DNA of 64,000 bases from Candidatus Aenigmatarchaeota archaeon. GTDB lineage: Archaea > Aenigmatarchaeota > Aenigmatarchaeia > CG10238-14. Where the stretch lies: NCBI GenBank assembly GCA_030018415.1, contig JASEGC010000004.1, positions 10,470 to 74,469 on the forward strand, read 5' to 3'. The translations under genes and the position numbers were made by a program. The notes beneath the pieces were generated by a model. The model had not been told where the DNA came from, ran no database searches, and saw nothing but the letters and a program-made list of their open reading frames with translations. Positions within the stretch are counted from its first letter, which is position 1, and each line of letters begins with the position of its first letter. Positions 39,034 through 49,267 of this stretch are shown here, piece after piece.

Positions 39034-40728
39034 ATGAGAAATTTTTTTCTGTTGGGAGTACTTTGTCTATTAATAATTCAGCCAATAGTTAAAGCAGATG
39101 GGATGCCTCATCCCAGTATAAGGCCTCAAATCAGGGAAGAACATCAAATTGTATCGGTAGAAGTAAGAGACGGAGAAATCCTCACGACATTGGATCTTGG
39201 AATTAGGAATAGGCCAGAAACAGTGTTTTCTGTTCTCGATAACTCTATTAACATAAATGAGATGAATCCTTTCTGGCTGAAGACATTTCTTTTACCTTCT
39301 GATTTTGAACCAAAAAATCTTTGTATTAATTCTTATGATCTTGGCTATTATTGGACTGAAATTTCACCAGTGAAAATAAGTATAAACGAGAATACTGTAT
39401 ATCTTTACACTCCTATGCAGTGTACAAATAATGCTCAATGTTCTCAAGCTTGTGACAATCTTGGTATAGATTTTCACTGGAGTGGAACAGGAAATAATTA
39501 CAAATCTTGGACTGGTACATGTCCTTCAAATGTTTATGGTTGTATGACAGGTCAATGTTGCATAGGGCAATGTGAAGAAGGCACTTGTGAATGTAGACAA
39601 ACAAATGTAGTGGATATTTATGGTAATGTTTGTCCAGTTGGAACTACATGTGGATCTGATTGTTATTGCCATCCTATTAAAAATTTAACAAAAACTGTTA
39701 TGACTGAAGAGTTAACAAAGGCTCGTCCTGTAGAACTCGTTCGCATTCCATACGAGAAAAAACATACTTATTGTCAATTCATGAAGAATGAAAAAATTTC
39801 TGAACCCCAATTCGTTGATATATCATCCTATCTTAAGCCTGGGCAATATAACACGATCGAGATAAGAAGCAATGTAGCGTATAGAAGTTTTTCTGTAAAT
39901 AAAATCTACTTGGCAAGTAAAACGAAAGAAATGGTAAAGATAATAATTCCTTTCAAGAACATGCCGAAGTCAGTCGAAGTCGGTGGCACTGGCTTAAATA
40001 TATGGGAATTGGATCAACCATTCAAAAAAGAACCAGGATACTGGTATGGTTATTACGGAGGAAGATTATTAACGACAAAAGAGGCCCCAGCGATAGCCAG
40101 TATAGCTCAAAATGTAGAGGCATCGATAAAATCTCAAGTAACACAGACTCAAATCACAACTGATGTAGTGGGTAGTTTTGAAGGAAAAGTATCTGACATA
40201 CTTTCAACGGTGAGTTTATCTAAGCATTCATTCCAATCTAAAAGTACAGTTCTAAGGCTTGCTGGTGCATCTGATGTTGAATCTGTTTATGAAGCATACA
40301 TGGGAGATTATGGCTACGTCATCGAGTTAGAAATCCCACCTTATGAGCTTAAAAGAATCACTGTCAAGTGGATAGAAGATATAACGAATGATGAAAGGTT
40401 TGGATATTACTATCCTTTGGGAACAGGAAAGACATGGTTTGATAATATATCCTACACTGCCATTTATGTAAAACTTCCTAACAAGTATACGATAAATTAT
40501 GCAAGCATTCCTGGGAGAGAAAAAGCAGAGGATGCCAGTTATTACTATTACAGATGGAAGTTCGTTGAGAGTAGTCCTAGTGAAGATTTGAATATAGATA
40601 TGAAGAAAATATCAAGAGCAGAAAGATTCTTCTTGTCAACTTATATTCCTATAATTGGGTTGGCTGCTTTTATCTTTATAATAATAGTTTTAACACGAGT
40701 AAAAATTCCAAGTAGATACAGTCTATGA
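39034..40728 (+). CDS. Secreted, C-terminally anchored protein with a Cys-rich insert
   Basis: Signal peptide (VKA-DG), 14-Cys segment, YYYPLGTGKTW, C-terminal TM. Confidence 0.75.
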   Translation: MRNFFLLGVLCLLIIQPIVKADGMPHPSIRPQIREEHQIVSVEVRDGEILTTLDLGIRNRPETVFSVLDNSININEMNPFWLKTFLLPSDFEPKNLCINSYDLGYYWTEISPVKISINENTVYLYTPMQCTNNAQCSQACDNLGIDFHWSGTGNNYKSWTGTCPSNVYGCMTGQCCIGQCEEGTCECRQTNVVDIYGNVCPVGTTCGSDCYCHPIKNLTKTVMTEELTKARPVELVRIPYEKKHTYCQFMKNEKISEPQFVDISSYLKPGQYNTIEIRSNVAYRSFSVNKIYLASKTKEMVKIIIPFKNMPKSVEVGGTGLNIWELDQPFKKEPGYWYGYYGGRLLTTKEAPAIASIAQNVEASIKSQVTQTQITTDVVGSFEGKVSDILSTVSLSKHSFQSKSTVLRLAGASDVESVYEAYMGDYGYVIELEIPPYELKRITVKWIEDITNDERFGYYYPLGTGKTWFDNISYTAIYVKLPNKYTINYASIPGREKAEDASYYYYRWKFVESSPSEDLNIDMKKISRAERFFLSTYIPIIGLAAFIFIIIVLTRVKIPSRYSL

Positions 40729-40770
40729 AAATGATAACTTTTTTTCATGCAAAAAACAAAAGGATATTAA

Positions 40771-41497
40771 ATGTTCGAAGAATTTAGAGACATACTCTTC
40801 AAGACAAAGGAATTTTTTGAGGATGCTGGTCCACAGGACTATTTCCCACTCTGCAGGTTTTGGGTACTGATGTCATTAATCCCAGCCATAGAATTCACTG
40901 TGATAGCTTTCATCTTCAAGATACCGATAAACTTTCCCTACGAGGCGAGTGGGATTCTGTTATCGATAATACTCTTCATCACTTCATTCCTGTCCCTTGC
41001 CAGTGGAGGCCTATTATTCAACTTCATCTACGCTGGGATAATCCATTTAGTCTCTCGCCCGTTCGGCTGTCATGTGGCTCTGGTCTCTTGTAATAAACAT
41101 AATAGGAATGTCGACCTTACACGAGATTTCCTTCATTAAAGCGACTGTATCAGTGTTCATCATTCCTTTGATAATCGTCGGGAGCGTTACGGCTTACGTG
41201 ACTAGGTTGTCCCTTGATTATGTTAAAGATATTTTAACATCACATATGATGCCGATCTCGATAAAATCTGCTTCTTGTGTCAACAGACGGATAGTGATTG
41301 ATTTGGTCAATGAAATAGATAAGACTTTGGATAGCGATCGTATAAAACTTTTCATCGATGGTGTTGATGAAAGCCAATACTTCCATTTCGAGAATATAAA
41401 GCCTGGAGAATCTAGGTCAACGATGAGCATTAAACTCGAGAAGTATCCTCCTGGAAAGCATAAGGTAGAAGTTGAATATAACAAAAAAAATGGTTAG
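40771..41497 (+). pseudogene. Yip1-like membrane protein split by deletion/frameshift near 41068
   Basis: N-half ends GIIHLVSRPFG; C-half WSLVINIIGMSTLHEIS continues in another frame; the central Yip1 segment is missing. Confidence 0.6.
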
Positions 41498-41499
41498 GG

Positions 41500-42441
41500 C
41501 TACAGTCGAGTGCTGAGGGGCCCACGCCCTGAAACCATCATCTTAACTAACAATGCTTTTTGTACTGGAAGTCTATTGCCAGCCTGATCAAACACTATTG
41601 AACGTGGCCCGTCGATGATATCCGAAGTCACTTCTTTTCCTCTATAGGCAGGTAATGGATGCATAAAAACTACATCTGATGCAGCAATTTTAAATAGTTT
41701 ATTGTTAATTTGATACTTTGGTTTAAAAATTCTAATTCGTTCCTTTTTTTCACTTTCTTGACCCATCGAAACCCAAGTGTCTGTATAGATTATGTTTGCA
41801 TCTTTTACCATTTCTTTAGGCTCTGTCCCTACGATGACTCTGGACTTTGATACTTTCGTATAATTTCTTGCTAATTCAATGGTGTTTCTATTTGGCTCGT
41901 ATCCCTTCGGACAAGCAACAGCGATATCTATTCCAACCTTCGCACAGCCTAGAATTAAGGAATTACACACGTTATTTCCGTCACCAATATAAACCAACTT
42001 CAAAGATTCGAAATCATGGAATCTTTCTCTTATGGTCAGAAGATCCGACAAAATCTGACAAGGATGTTCCAAATCAGATAGTGCATTTATGACGTGTGCA
42101 TTGGTGTGCTTTGACATTATTTCCAACGTTTTGTGTGAGAATACTCTTGCTATTATCGCATCAACATACCTATCAAGAACTTTTGCTGTATCTTCTACAC
42201 TCTCTCCTCTTGATATTTGGGTAGTAGTAGCGTCTAGGTAGATTGCACTTCCACCTAGCTGATTGATGCCGCTCTCGAACGATACTCTCGTTCTCGTGGA
42301 AGGTTTCTCGAACAATAAACACAATACTTTTCCACTCAATAGGTTTCTGATTGGTTTTTTCTTCAATTCAACTGCCAAGTCTAGGACATTAAAGATTTCA
42401 TTTTTTGTTATGTCATCGATGCTTAAAAAATCTTTCTTCAT
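41500..42441 (-). CDS. argF: Ornithine carbamoyltransferase
   Basis: FEKPSTRTRVSF, HPCQ, DTWVSMG, FMHPLP. Confidence 0.95.
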   Translation of the reverse strand: MKKDFLSIDDITKNEIFNVLDLAVELKKKPIRNLLSGKVLCLLFEKPSTRTRVSFESGINQLGGSAIYLDATTTQISRGESVEDTAKVLDRYVDAIIARVFSHKTLEIMSKHTNAHVINALSDLEHPCQILSDLLTIRERFHDFESLKLVYIGDGNNVCNSLILGCAKVGIDIAVACPKGYEPNRNTIELARNYTKVSKSRVIVGTEPKEMVKDANIIYTDTWVSMGQESEKKERIRIFKPKYQINNKLFKIAASDVVFMHPLPAYRGKEVTSDIIDGPRSIVFDQAGNRLPVQKALLVKMMVSGRGPLSTRL

Positions 42442-42722
42442 TTTGCCCCCTTCTTTAAATTTATGAATTTGTCTAATTTAAATGTTTCTCGTCAAAATTA
42501 TACATCTGCAACAATTTTTTAAAAAAACTATTGATTCTCTAAATATTTTTTAAAAGGACCGTAGCTATCATAACGTTTATCCCATCTCTCTTTGTGGATT
42601 TTTTGATGAGAAAACCATTCGATTATGGTCACGCAATCCTACTGGAATATTCTTTGGTACGTTAGTCTTCCTGATCCGTTACTTTTAAACTCAGAAAATT
42701 GGAAAATCATAACTCAATCTTT

Positions 42723-43502
42723 CTAGCATGGATGTACAGTCTTGTCCGTGTCCCTACTCGGAAGGCTGAAGTATAAGCCAACACAGAGTATGAACAAATA
42801 GACGATGAAATAGGGAGAACGAACTGCGTCAGAGATTATAGGCAATAAATTTTTAATCGTAGTTTGTGGTTCAACTCCAACTGGAGTTAGCAATCTAGGC
42901 ATACCCACCCAACCTATAACAAAGAACAGTAAAGGTGAAGCAAAAATTGCAGCTACTATCAAGCTTATTATCCCCATTACTAACCAAGTAACAAAAGTCT
43001 CCAAAGGATACCTGGAGAAAATGTTGAAACTCTTCTTGAAAGAATCTATGCATCCTTTTCTGTCGACTATTATCGCTGGATACAGAAAGAAAAGGAATAG
43101 ACTAACGACAAAAGATATAAGAGAGCCGATATAAGGTGGAGAAGAGGCTATAGCAATTATTATACCATAGAGAATCGAGGCACAGAGCAGAGTTAAATAC
43201 CTTGACCCAGAATACCCAAAACTCTTGGCTAGAGATCTTCTTTTTGGATAGTATTTTGCTTGATCTATTATTGCTCCATTGACCCATAAGTAGACTAAGC
43301 CGATTAGGATGAAAATTGGTAAATAAATGCCCAGAAAAAGAAAAATACCAAAGATTCCAGGTCTCATCGTGATGAGATCAAAGATTCCCATAAAAAACTG
43401 AATTAAAGTGTAACCAATTATCAAGTCGAGAATCAAATAAGGTACGATAACTTTTGGAGAAAAAGCAAACCTTATTCCTTCACTCAAACTCTTCAGGATC
43501 AT
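42723..43502 (-). CDS. Multi-pass membrane protein (possible frameshift near 3' end)
   Basis: Hydrophobic ORF from ATG 43502; alternative-frame tail AYTSAFRVGTRTRLYIHARK looks like the native C-terminus. Confidence 0.65.
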   Translation of the reverse strand: MILKSLSEGIRFAFSPKVIVPYLILDLIIGYTLIQFFMGIFDLITMRPGIFGIFLFLGIYLPIFILIGLVYLWVNGAIIDQAKYYPKRRSLAKSFGYSGSRYLTLLCASILYGIIIAIASSPPYIGSLISFVVSLFLFFLYPAIIVDRKGCIDSFKKSFNIFSRYPLETFVTWLVMGIISLIVAAIFASPLLFFVIGWVGMPRLLTPVGVEPQTTIKNLLPIISDAVRSPYFIVYLFILCVGLYFSLPSRDTDKTVHPC

Positions 43503-43580
43503 GATTATAGTATGTGAATAAATGTTTAAATATTCTGACTGGCATATTCTCAAAACTATAAATACTAATTAAACCTAATA

Positions 43581-43781
43581 ATGGCATATACTTCCTATTC
43601 TGAGGATGTTAAAGGGTTGAGAGATATGTTGACGAGGTTGAATAAAGATAGGTTAAAAAACATAGAAAGATTAAGAAAAGATAAAAACCTGAAAAAGGTT
43701 AGGATTAAGAAGGATTTACCCCTCGGTATAAGACTCGGACTCATGAAAATGGGGTTTGACGTCGAATATAAGGAGAATTAA
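43581..43781 (+). CDS. Small hypothetical protein
   Basis: 66-aa basic ORF with TATAAATA about 20 nt upstream. Confidence 0.55.
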   Translation: MAYTSYSEDVKGLRDMLTRLNKDRLKNIERLRKDKNLKKVRIKKDLPLGIRLGLMKMGFDVEYKEN

Positions 43782-44815
43782 GCCTTAAAACCAATCCCCT
43801 CTACAGAAATCTCTCTTTTGTCTTTATCGACTTTAAATTCAACCGGCAATATTTCCTCTATAACTTGAATGTTCGTTCGACAATGATCTGTTATTTCCTC
43901 AACTTTAATTCGAGATTCACCCTTAGCTAAGGCAAGAAAGACGAGTATTTGATCTGCCATGAACTTATCCAAGGCAGCCCCAGATTTTAAAGATTTTAAC
44001 AGTTCTTCTGCTGCTTTCTCCCCTACAATCTCTGCTCTCACTCCTCTTTCACCAAGACAATCTCCCCCAAGGATAGAATTTTCGCAAACAGCATAACAAG
44101 TTATGCTAGTCCCAGGACTCAAAGATTCGACAGATTTATAACTCATGAAAACTTCTGTGTTGGGATAATGATACTGAATCGTCCTCAATGCCGATCGACC
44201 CTGCCTTTCTGCTATATCTTTTGGCAAACTGCCACAGACAGAGTAGATTTGAATGTTAAGGATATCCCCCCTATCTAAACGATTGAACGGAATCAATTTT
44301 TTCGTTGGTTTGGATCTGACTATTACCTTTCCTCCTCCTTTCGGGTAATAACCATGCTTGATTATATCCAGACTCAAATCTGTCCCCATCATGTTCAGAA
44401 TTGGATAAGTCACGTATTTTATGTATTGGATGGTGGGAGACCATCTCGTCTCTGTCCCGCCGATTATTTCGAGAGTAATAGGTTTATCGTTGAAAATCAA
44501 GAGTGGAGTGATAGTTTGAAGGAGAAGACCTATGCTGCCTGCTGTGCCAATATCAATTCTTCTATCGCAGACTTTAAATTCTTTGGGTGTGAACTCAACT
44601 TCAAGAGAAGATTCTTCCAAACCCTTTATCTCGGCTTTGCAAAATTCACCCAAGACTTTAATTCCCATGAGATGTTGGGGTCTTAAACCAGGCTTACCTC
44701 CTTTTTTCCCTTTTCTTATATCGATGATCTTGACAGGTTTTGATGTTAATGCTGAAAGTCCTATTGCTGTCCTAAGTAATTGACCTCCGCCTATAGATCC
44801 GTCTATGATTATCAT
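43778..44815 (-). CDS. rtcA: RNA 3'-terminal phosphate cyclase
   Basis: DGSIGGGQLLRTA, PGLRPQH, GYYPKGGG, ADQI, TDHCRTN. Confidence 0.95.
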   Translation of the reverse strand: MIIIDGSIGGGQLLRTAIGLSALTSKPVKIIDIRKGKKGGKPGLRPQHLMGIKVLGEFCKAEIKGLEESSLEVEFTPKEFKVCDRRIDIGTAGSIGLLLQTITPLLIFNDKPITLEIIGGTETRWSPTIQYIKYVTYPILNMMGTDLSLDIIKHGYYPKGGGKVIVRSKPTKKLIPFNRLDRGDILNIQIYSVCGSLPKDIAERQGRSALRTIQYHYPNTEVFMSYKSVESLSPGTSITCYAVCENSILGGDCLGERGVRAEIVGEKAAEELLKSLKSGAALDKFMADQILVFLALAKGESRIKVEEITDHCRTNIQVIEEILPVEFKVDKDKREISVEGIGFKA

Positions 44816-44884
44816 GAAATAAATATTGGAGTTTTATAGGTTATTTTTATCGTCAATAAAAAAAGAAGAAGAGGGGGATGAAAA

Positions 44885-45166
44885 TTATCTTCCCAAATCT
44901 TTTAAGACTTCAGAAGCATAATCTGATATCTTTTTGTTGATACTTAACTGAGCCCTCTCTAATTTTTCCTTGATTTTTGGGTCGTTTCCCATTGTTGACT
45001 CTATAACCCATAACATCAAGAGATTGTTCTGCAATTCAAGCCAAAAAAATGCCTTACTCAAGAATTTTTTTATCTCCTCCGGAGTCTCGGCTTTTAAAGC
45101 TTCATTCTTCCAGATATTGTAATGCGTTGAGCATGTCTTTATGATCTCTCTTGGTTCCATTTTCAT
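44885..45166 (-). CDS. Small helical hypothetical protein
   Basis: 93-aa ORF, KAFFWLELQ. Confidence 0.65.
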   Translation of the reverse strand: MKMEPREIIKTCSTHYNIWKNEALKAETPEEIKKFLSKAFFWLELQNNLLMLWVIESTMGNDPKIKEKLERAQLSINKKISDYASEVLKDLGR

Positions 45167-45167
45167 A

Positions 45168-45254
45168 TGTTACTATTTTGCAGTAGTAGTATTTAAAATG
45201 TTACTACTCTAAAGTATCGAAAAACTTATAAATGTTTGTTACTACTGAAAAGTA
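45168..45254. promoter_or_regulatory. Three copies of TGTTACTAyT-N4-AGTA in a divergent promoter region
   Basis: Copies at 45168-45185, 45199-45216 and 45237-45254, interleaved with TATA-like boxes. Confidence 0.55.
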
Positions 45255-45319
45255 TTTATATTTTTAAATAAAATGAAACCTTTAAAAGACGAAAACAAAA
45301 AATAAAATAGGTGTAAAAA

Positions 45320-45664
45320 ATGGCCAACTATGGAAGCTGGGCTTTCATAATAGGAGTAATACTAGCGATAATCTTAGGACTATTCGGACAAGTCATGGTA
45401 GGCTACAAGGGTTACATAACAGCGATCTTAGTGATAATCGGGTTGATCGTGGGGTTCGCTAACATTACGGAAAAAGAGGCAACAAATTTCCTCATAGCCG
45501 CTATTGCACTTTTGGCAACCAATACAGTAACTCAATGGACAAGCTTGTTGGTGGTAGGCGACTACATAGCAGGAATCCTAGGTGGTATTGGAACTTTTGT
45601 CGCACCGGCAGCAGTCTTAGTAGCTTTGAAAGCCATATACGACTTAGCTTACAAGAAAAAGTAG
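45320..45664 (+). CDS. Small membrane protein
   Basis: GSWAFIIG...NITEKEATNFLIA...FVAPAA; AGGTG RBS; T-rich terminator after the stop. Confidence 0.8.
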   Translation: MANYGSWAFIIGVILAIILGLFGQVMVGYKGYITAILVIIGLIVGFANITEKEATNFLIAAIALLATNTVTQWTSLLVVGDYIAGILGGIGTFVAPAAVLVALKAIYDLAYKKK

Positions 45665-45709
45665 GATTAAATTGTTCGCTTTCTTTTCTTCTTTCTTTTT
45701 TTAGACTGA

Positions 45710-46987
45710 TTATTCTACAGTATAGATCTTATCATCTTTAGGAGCCAAAGCATCAAAACCGTGTTCTTCTCTCAATTCTTGTGCAAACCTTTGAGTGTTG
45801 TCTCCATGTACGCAGAAGACTTTGTCTGGGTTCGTTCTCTTCACAAAATTGAACAGCTCTGTTCTTGATGCATGAGAGCTAAAATCGAACTTCCTGACAG
45901 ACATCTTCAGTTCTAAATCCAGATCTTCATGAATGTACCTTCCTGTCTCCAAAAGAGTTGCTCCCTCTGTGCCAGGAACTTGAAAACCAGTTAAAATCAG
46001 GGTGCATTCCTCCCTATCGAACATTTTCTCTATGTAATGGGTAACAGGACCTCCAGTCAACATCCCACTAGTTGTAACGATAGCACAAGGTTTTTTAATG
46101 ATTTTTTTCCTCATCGCGGAATTGGTTATCGACTTTACCTCAAGTCTTACCAATGCCTTTTTCACACTGTTGTACTCTCTCTGTAACTCTGGGTAGGAGT
46201 TTATTATGTTCGTTGCTTTCTTACCCATACCGTCCAAGTAGATCGGACAACCCAACTCATACTCATCCAAAGTTAGGATAATCTCTTGCGTTCTAGCGAT
46301 AGCAAAGCAAGAAATCAAAGCTACGCCATTGTTTGCCAAAGTTTCTTCTACGGCTTCAACCATCTTTCTCTCTTCTTTTAGGCGATCAGGATGTTCTCTA
46401 TCGGAATAGGTACTCTCTGTTATCAGAACATCAACTTCTGGTATGTCTTTATCTGCTCCTGAGATAAGCCTGGTGTCAGACAGCCTAAAATCACCTGTAT
46501 AAAGTATCCTCTTGTTCCCAGTCTCCAGCAGGATCATACCAGAACCAGGGATGTGACCAGCATCTAAAAAGGTTACTCTCACCCTACCAATCTTAAAAGG
46601 TTTTTTGTACTCGACAGCTTTAAAGTGTCTAACAGCAATATTTATATCCCTTTTCTGATATCTCTCTGGCTCTTCTTCATGTCTCGAGATTTTGTAAGAA
46701 TCGATTAAGAGCATTTTAGACAGAGGACGGGTTATGTCTAACGCATAGACAGGACAGGGTTGATGTTGATGGTATAGCATAGGAATTGCACCACAATGGT
46801 CTAGATGAGAGTGAGAAAGTAGGATTGCATCCAGTTTTGTTTTAACTTCTTTCGGATATTCCGTCGGCTTGACGTTTATTTTGACGCCATAATCCAACAA
46901 CAACCTTTCTGAGTCAGTATCGAGAAGAACAGCAGATCTTCCCACCTCCCTTGTGGCTCCTAAAAAAGATAATCGCATCTCTCGCAC
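45710..46987 (-). CDS. MBL-fold beta-CASP ribonuclease (aCPSF2-like)
   Basis: GATREVGRS, SHSHLDH, AGHIPG, YTGD, ESTY, SSHA, VHG. Confidence 0.92.
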   Translation of the reverse strand: MREMRLSFLGATREVGRSAVLLDTDSERLLLDYGVKINVKPTEYPKEVKTKLDAILLSHSHLDHCGAIPMLYHQHQPCPVYALDITRPLSKMLLIDSYKISRHEEEPERYQKRDINIAVRHFKAVEYKKPFKIGRVRVTFLDAGHIPGSGMILLETGNKRILYTGDFRLSDTRLISGADKDIPEVDVLITESTYSDREHPDRLKEERKMVEAVEETLANNGVALISCFAIARTQEIILTLDEYELGCPIYLDGMGKKATNIINSYPELQREYNSVKKALVRLEVKSITNSAMRKKIIKKPCAIVTTSGMLTGGPVTHYIEKMFDREECTLILTGFQVPGTEGATLLETGRYIHEDLDLELKMSVRKFDFSSHASRTELFNFVKRTNPDKVFCVHGDNTQRFAQELREEHGFDALAPKDDKIYTVE

Positions 46988-47087
46988 ATCCTAATATTAT
47001 TTGTTTATGAGAACTTACACTCTTATTCTTTTTTTTCTTTTTGATAATTATTTATGGAGAAAATCAAAAATTATATCAGGGGAAAAA

Positions 47088-47693
47088 GTGAAAACTTGGT
47101 TTCGTGTTGCTGTCAGTCTTTGTGTGATCTTTGGGGCGTTGGGACTACTATTTTTGTTTAAGACTTTACAGATCCCAACAGATGCAACCGGAGAGTTTAT
47201 ATTGATAACGGGAGCGGGCACTTTAATAATCGGAGGAATTCTGTTACTTATTCTCACTTCATTGAGTGTTATGTCTGCTCGAATAGCAGTTGAGAAAGAA
47301 AAACCCATAGAAGGAATGATAAAAAGTATCGAAAGTAAACTTTTACATGACATTTACAACATGGAACCTGAAAACATAGAAGGAAAATTTGCATGGAATA
47401 TCGGAGCATATGCTGTGTATCTAAGGAGTCAAAAGGTGAAAAATTTATCAGTTTATAAGGCTTTTGTATCTGCGATTAAAAACGTTGCTCAGCGCTTAAA
47501 AGATTATCTGATGAAAAATACCCCAAAACTAGAGATTTATACTTTGGACGATTTATCAAGTAGTGAACCCAAGACGATTAGTTTAATTGACAGATTTTAT
47601 AAGTTATATTTAGCCATTCAACAGGCAGGTAAATATAGGCGTGGATACAAACCAGAGTTTATACCAAGACGATACTTAAAAAGTGTTCTCTAG
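47088..47693 (+). CDS. Membrane-anchored hypothetical protein
   Basis: GTG at 47088 after GGGG RBS; two TMs then a soluble domain. Confidence 0.6.
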   Translation: MKTWFRVAVSLCVIFGALGLLFLFKTLQIPTDATGEFILITGAGTLIIGGILLLILTSLSVMSARIAVEKEKPIEGMIKSIESKLLHDIYNMEPENIEGKFAWNIGAYAVYLRSQKVKNLSVYKAFVSAIKNVAQRLKDYLMKNTPKLEIYTLDDLSSSEPKTISLIDRFYKLYLAIQQAGKYRRGYKPEFIPRRYLKSVL

Positions 47694-47729
47694 AAGAATA
47701 TTACCTTTTTATTCCTTCTTCATCTAAAA

Positions 47730-49061
47730 TTGATTATGAACTCTTTAATGAAAGGCGCTAGAATGGCGGTTAAAGAATACATGAACATTAAACCAAAAGA
47801 AAGCGTAATCATCATAACTGACAATAAAATGCCAAGAGAGCTCTCTGATGCCTTGTTCAAAGCAGTAAAAGAATTAGGAGCTAGCTGCACATTAAAATTG
47901 ATGGAGCCTTTAAAAAGAAATGGGCAAGAACCTCCTGAAGAAATAGCGGAATTGATGAAGAAGCCAGATGCGTTATTCTTACTTACGTATAAATCCTTAT
48001 CCCATACTAAAGCGAGGAGAGATGCTTCTAAGGCTGGTGTGAGGATTGCTTCGATGCCTGGTGTGACAGAATTTTCCTTCACGGAAGGAGGATTAACTGC
48101 GAATTGTAGGACAGTGAAAGAGTTAACGGAGAAAATGTATGAAAAGGTACAAAATTCTAAGACTGTTAGAATAACTTCTGAGAATGGAACTGATTTTACT
48201 GCTGGTGTGGAAGGAAGAGAATGGAAAAAAGACGATGGGATAATTCATGAAAAAGGAAAGTTTGGTAACCTTCCGGCTGGAGAGATTTGTGTTGCTCCTG
48301 TAGAGGGAACTTCTAGCGGAGTAATAATCATTGATAGGATGGCTGATTATGGGAATCGGGTAAAATACACAGTAAAAGATGGTTTTGCAAGAAAAATTGA
48401 AGGGTCTGAATTGCTCGAGAAAGAAGTTGATAGATTAGGATTGAAAGCAAGGAATATCGCTGAAATAGGTATTGGCACTAACCCTAATGCAAAGATCATT
48501 GGTAATGTTCTGGAGGATGAAAAAGTATTTGGAACAATCCATGTCGCACTTGGCGATAACTTATCTTTTGCTGGAAACATAAATGTGCCTCTGCATGTCG
48601 ATGGAATAATATTAAACCCGACGCTAGAAGTGGATGGGAAGATTCTTATCAAAGATGGAAAATGGGTTTTCTTAGAGGAAGACGAGCCTGAAAGAGAAAA
48701 TCCTGATAAAGCTAGAGTAGAAATTTCAGAAATCTTGAATTCTCAAGTAGATGCTCCTGGTAAAGTTGAATCACACTCTTTATTCGGGTACGAACCTCAA
48801 GAAACTAAGAAAAATCCATATGAACCTTACATCGTGAGAGAGCCTCTAGAATCGCATTATTTTGATCCTTGGATAGGCGGTTGGACTAGGTTGAACAACA
48901 GATTTGTCATCAATCCTCAATTGTATGGTTATTGGATAAAGATCGTGGAGATACATGAAAAAATTCATAATATCTACAAGACTGGTGACGAGGCTTTTGT
49001 CGAGAGAGTAACTTGGCATTATTTCAGAAACGGTTATCTAAACTTGAGTAGTTATTCTTAG
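47730..49061 (+). CDS. M29-like aminopeptidase with extra C-terminal HExxH domain
   Basis: NLPAGE, AEIGIGTN, EDEK, HVALG, HVDG; about 130-aa extension with HEKIH. Confidence 0.85.
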   Translation: MIMNSLMKGARMAVKEYMNIKPKESVIIITDNKMPRELSDALFKAVKELGASCTLKLMEPLKRNGQEPPEEIAELMKKPDALFLLTYKSLSHTKARRDASKAGVRIASMPGVTEFSFTEGGLTANCRTVKELTEKMYEKVQNSKTVRITSENGTDFTAGVEGREWKKDDGIIHEKGKFGNLPAGEICVAPVEGTSSGVIIIDRMADYGNRVKYTVKDGFARKIEGSELLEKEVDRLGLKARNIAEIGIGTNPNAKIIGNVLEDEKVFGTIHVALGDNLSFAGNINVPLHVDGIILNPTLEVDGKILIKDGKWVFLEEDEPERENPDKARVEISEILNSQVDAPGKVESHSLFGYEPQETKKNPYEPYIVREPLESHYFDPWIGGWTRLNNRFVINPQLYGYWIKIVEIHEKIHNIYKTGDEAFVERVTWHYFRNGYLNLSSYS

Positions 49062-49267
49062 AGTGGTTTTAAAGTTTTATTAAAAATATTAATCTTTCTT
49101 CTAATTCATGATATACCAATTTTGTTAAAGAAGATTTTTGGATCCTGGATAGGCATCTTATATTCCAGCTCTCTAATGATGGATCGGAGGTCCATTTTGA
49201 ACGCTAGACTATTTTTGATGAAAAATATATAACTCTCATTCCTAAATTTTAAAAATAGGTCAGCCTT

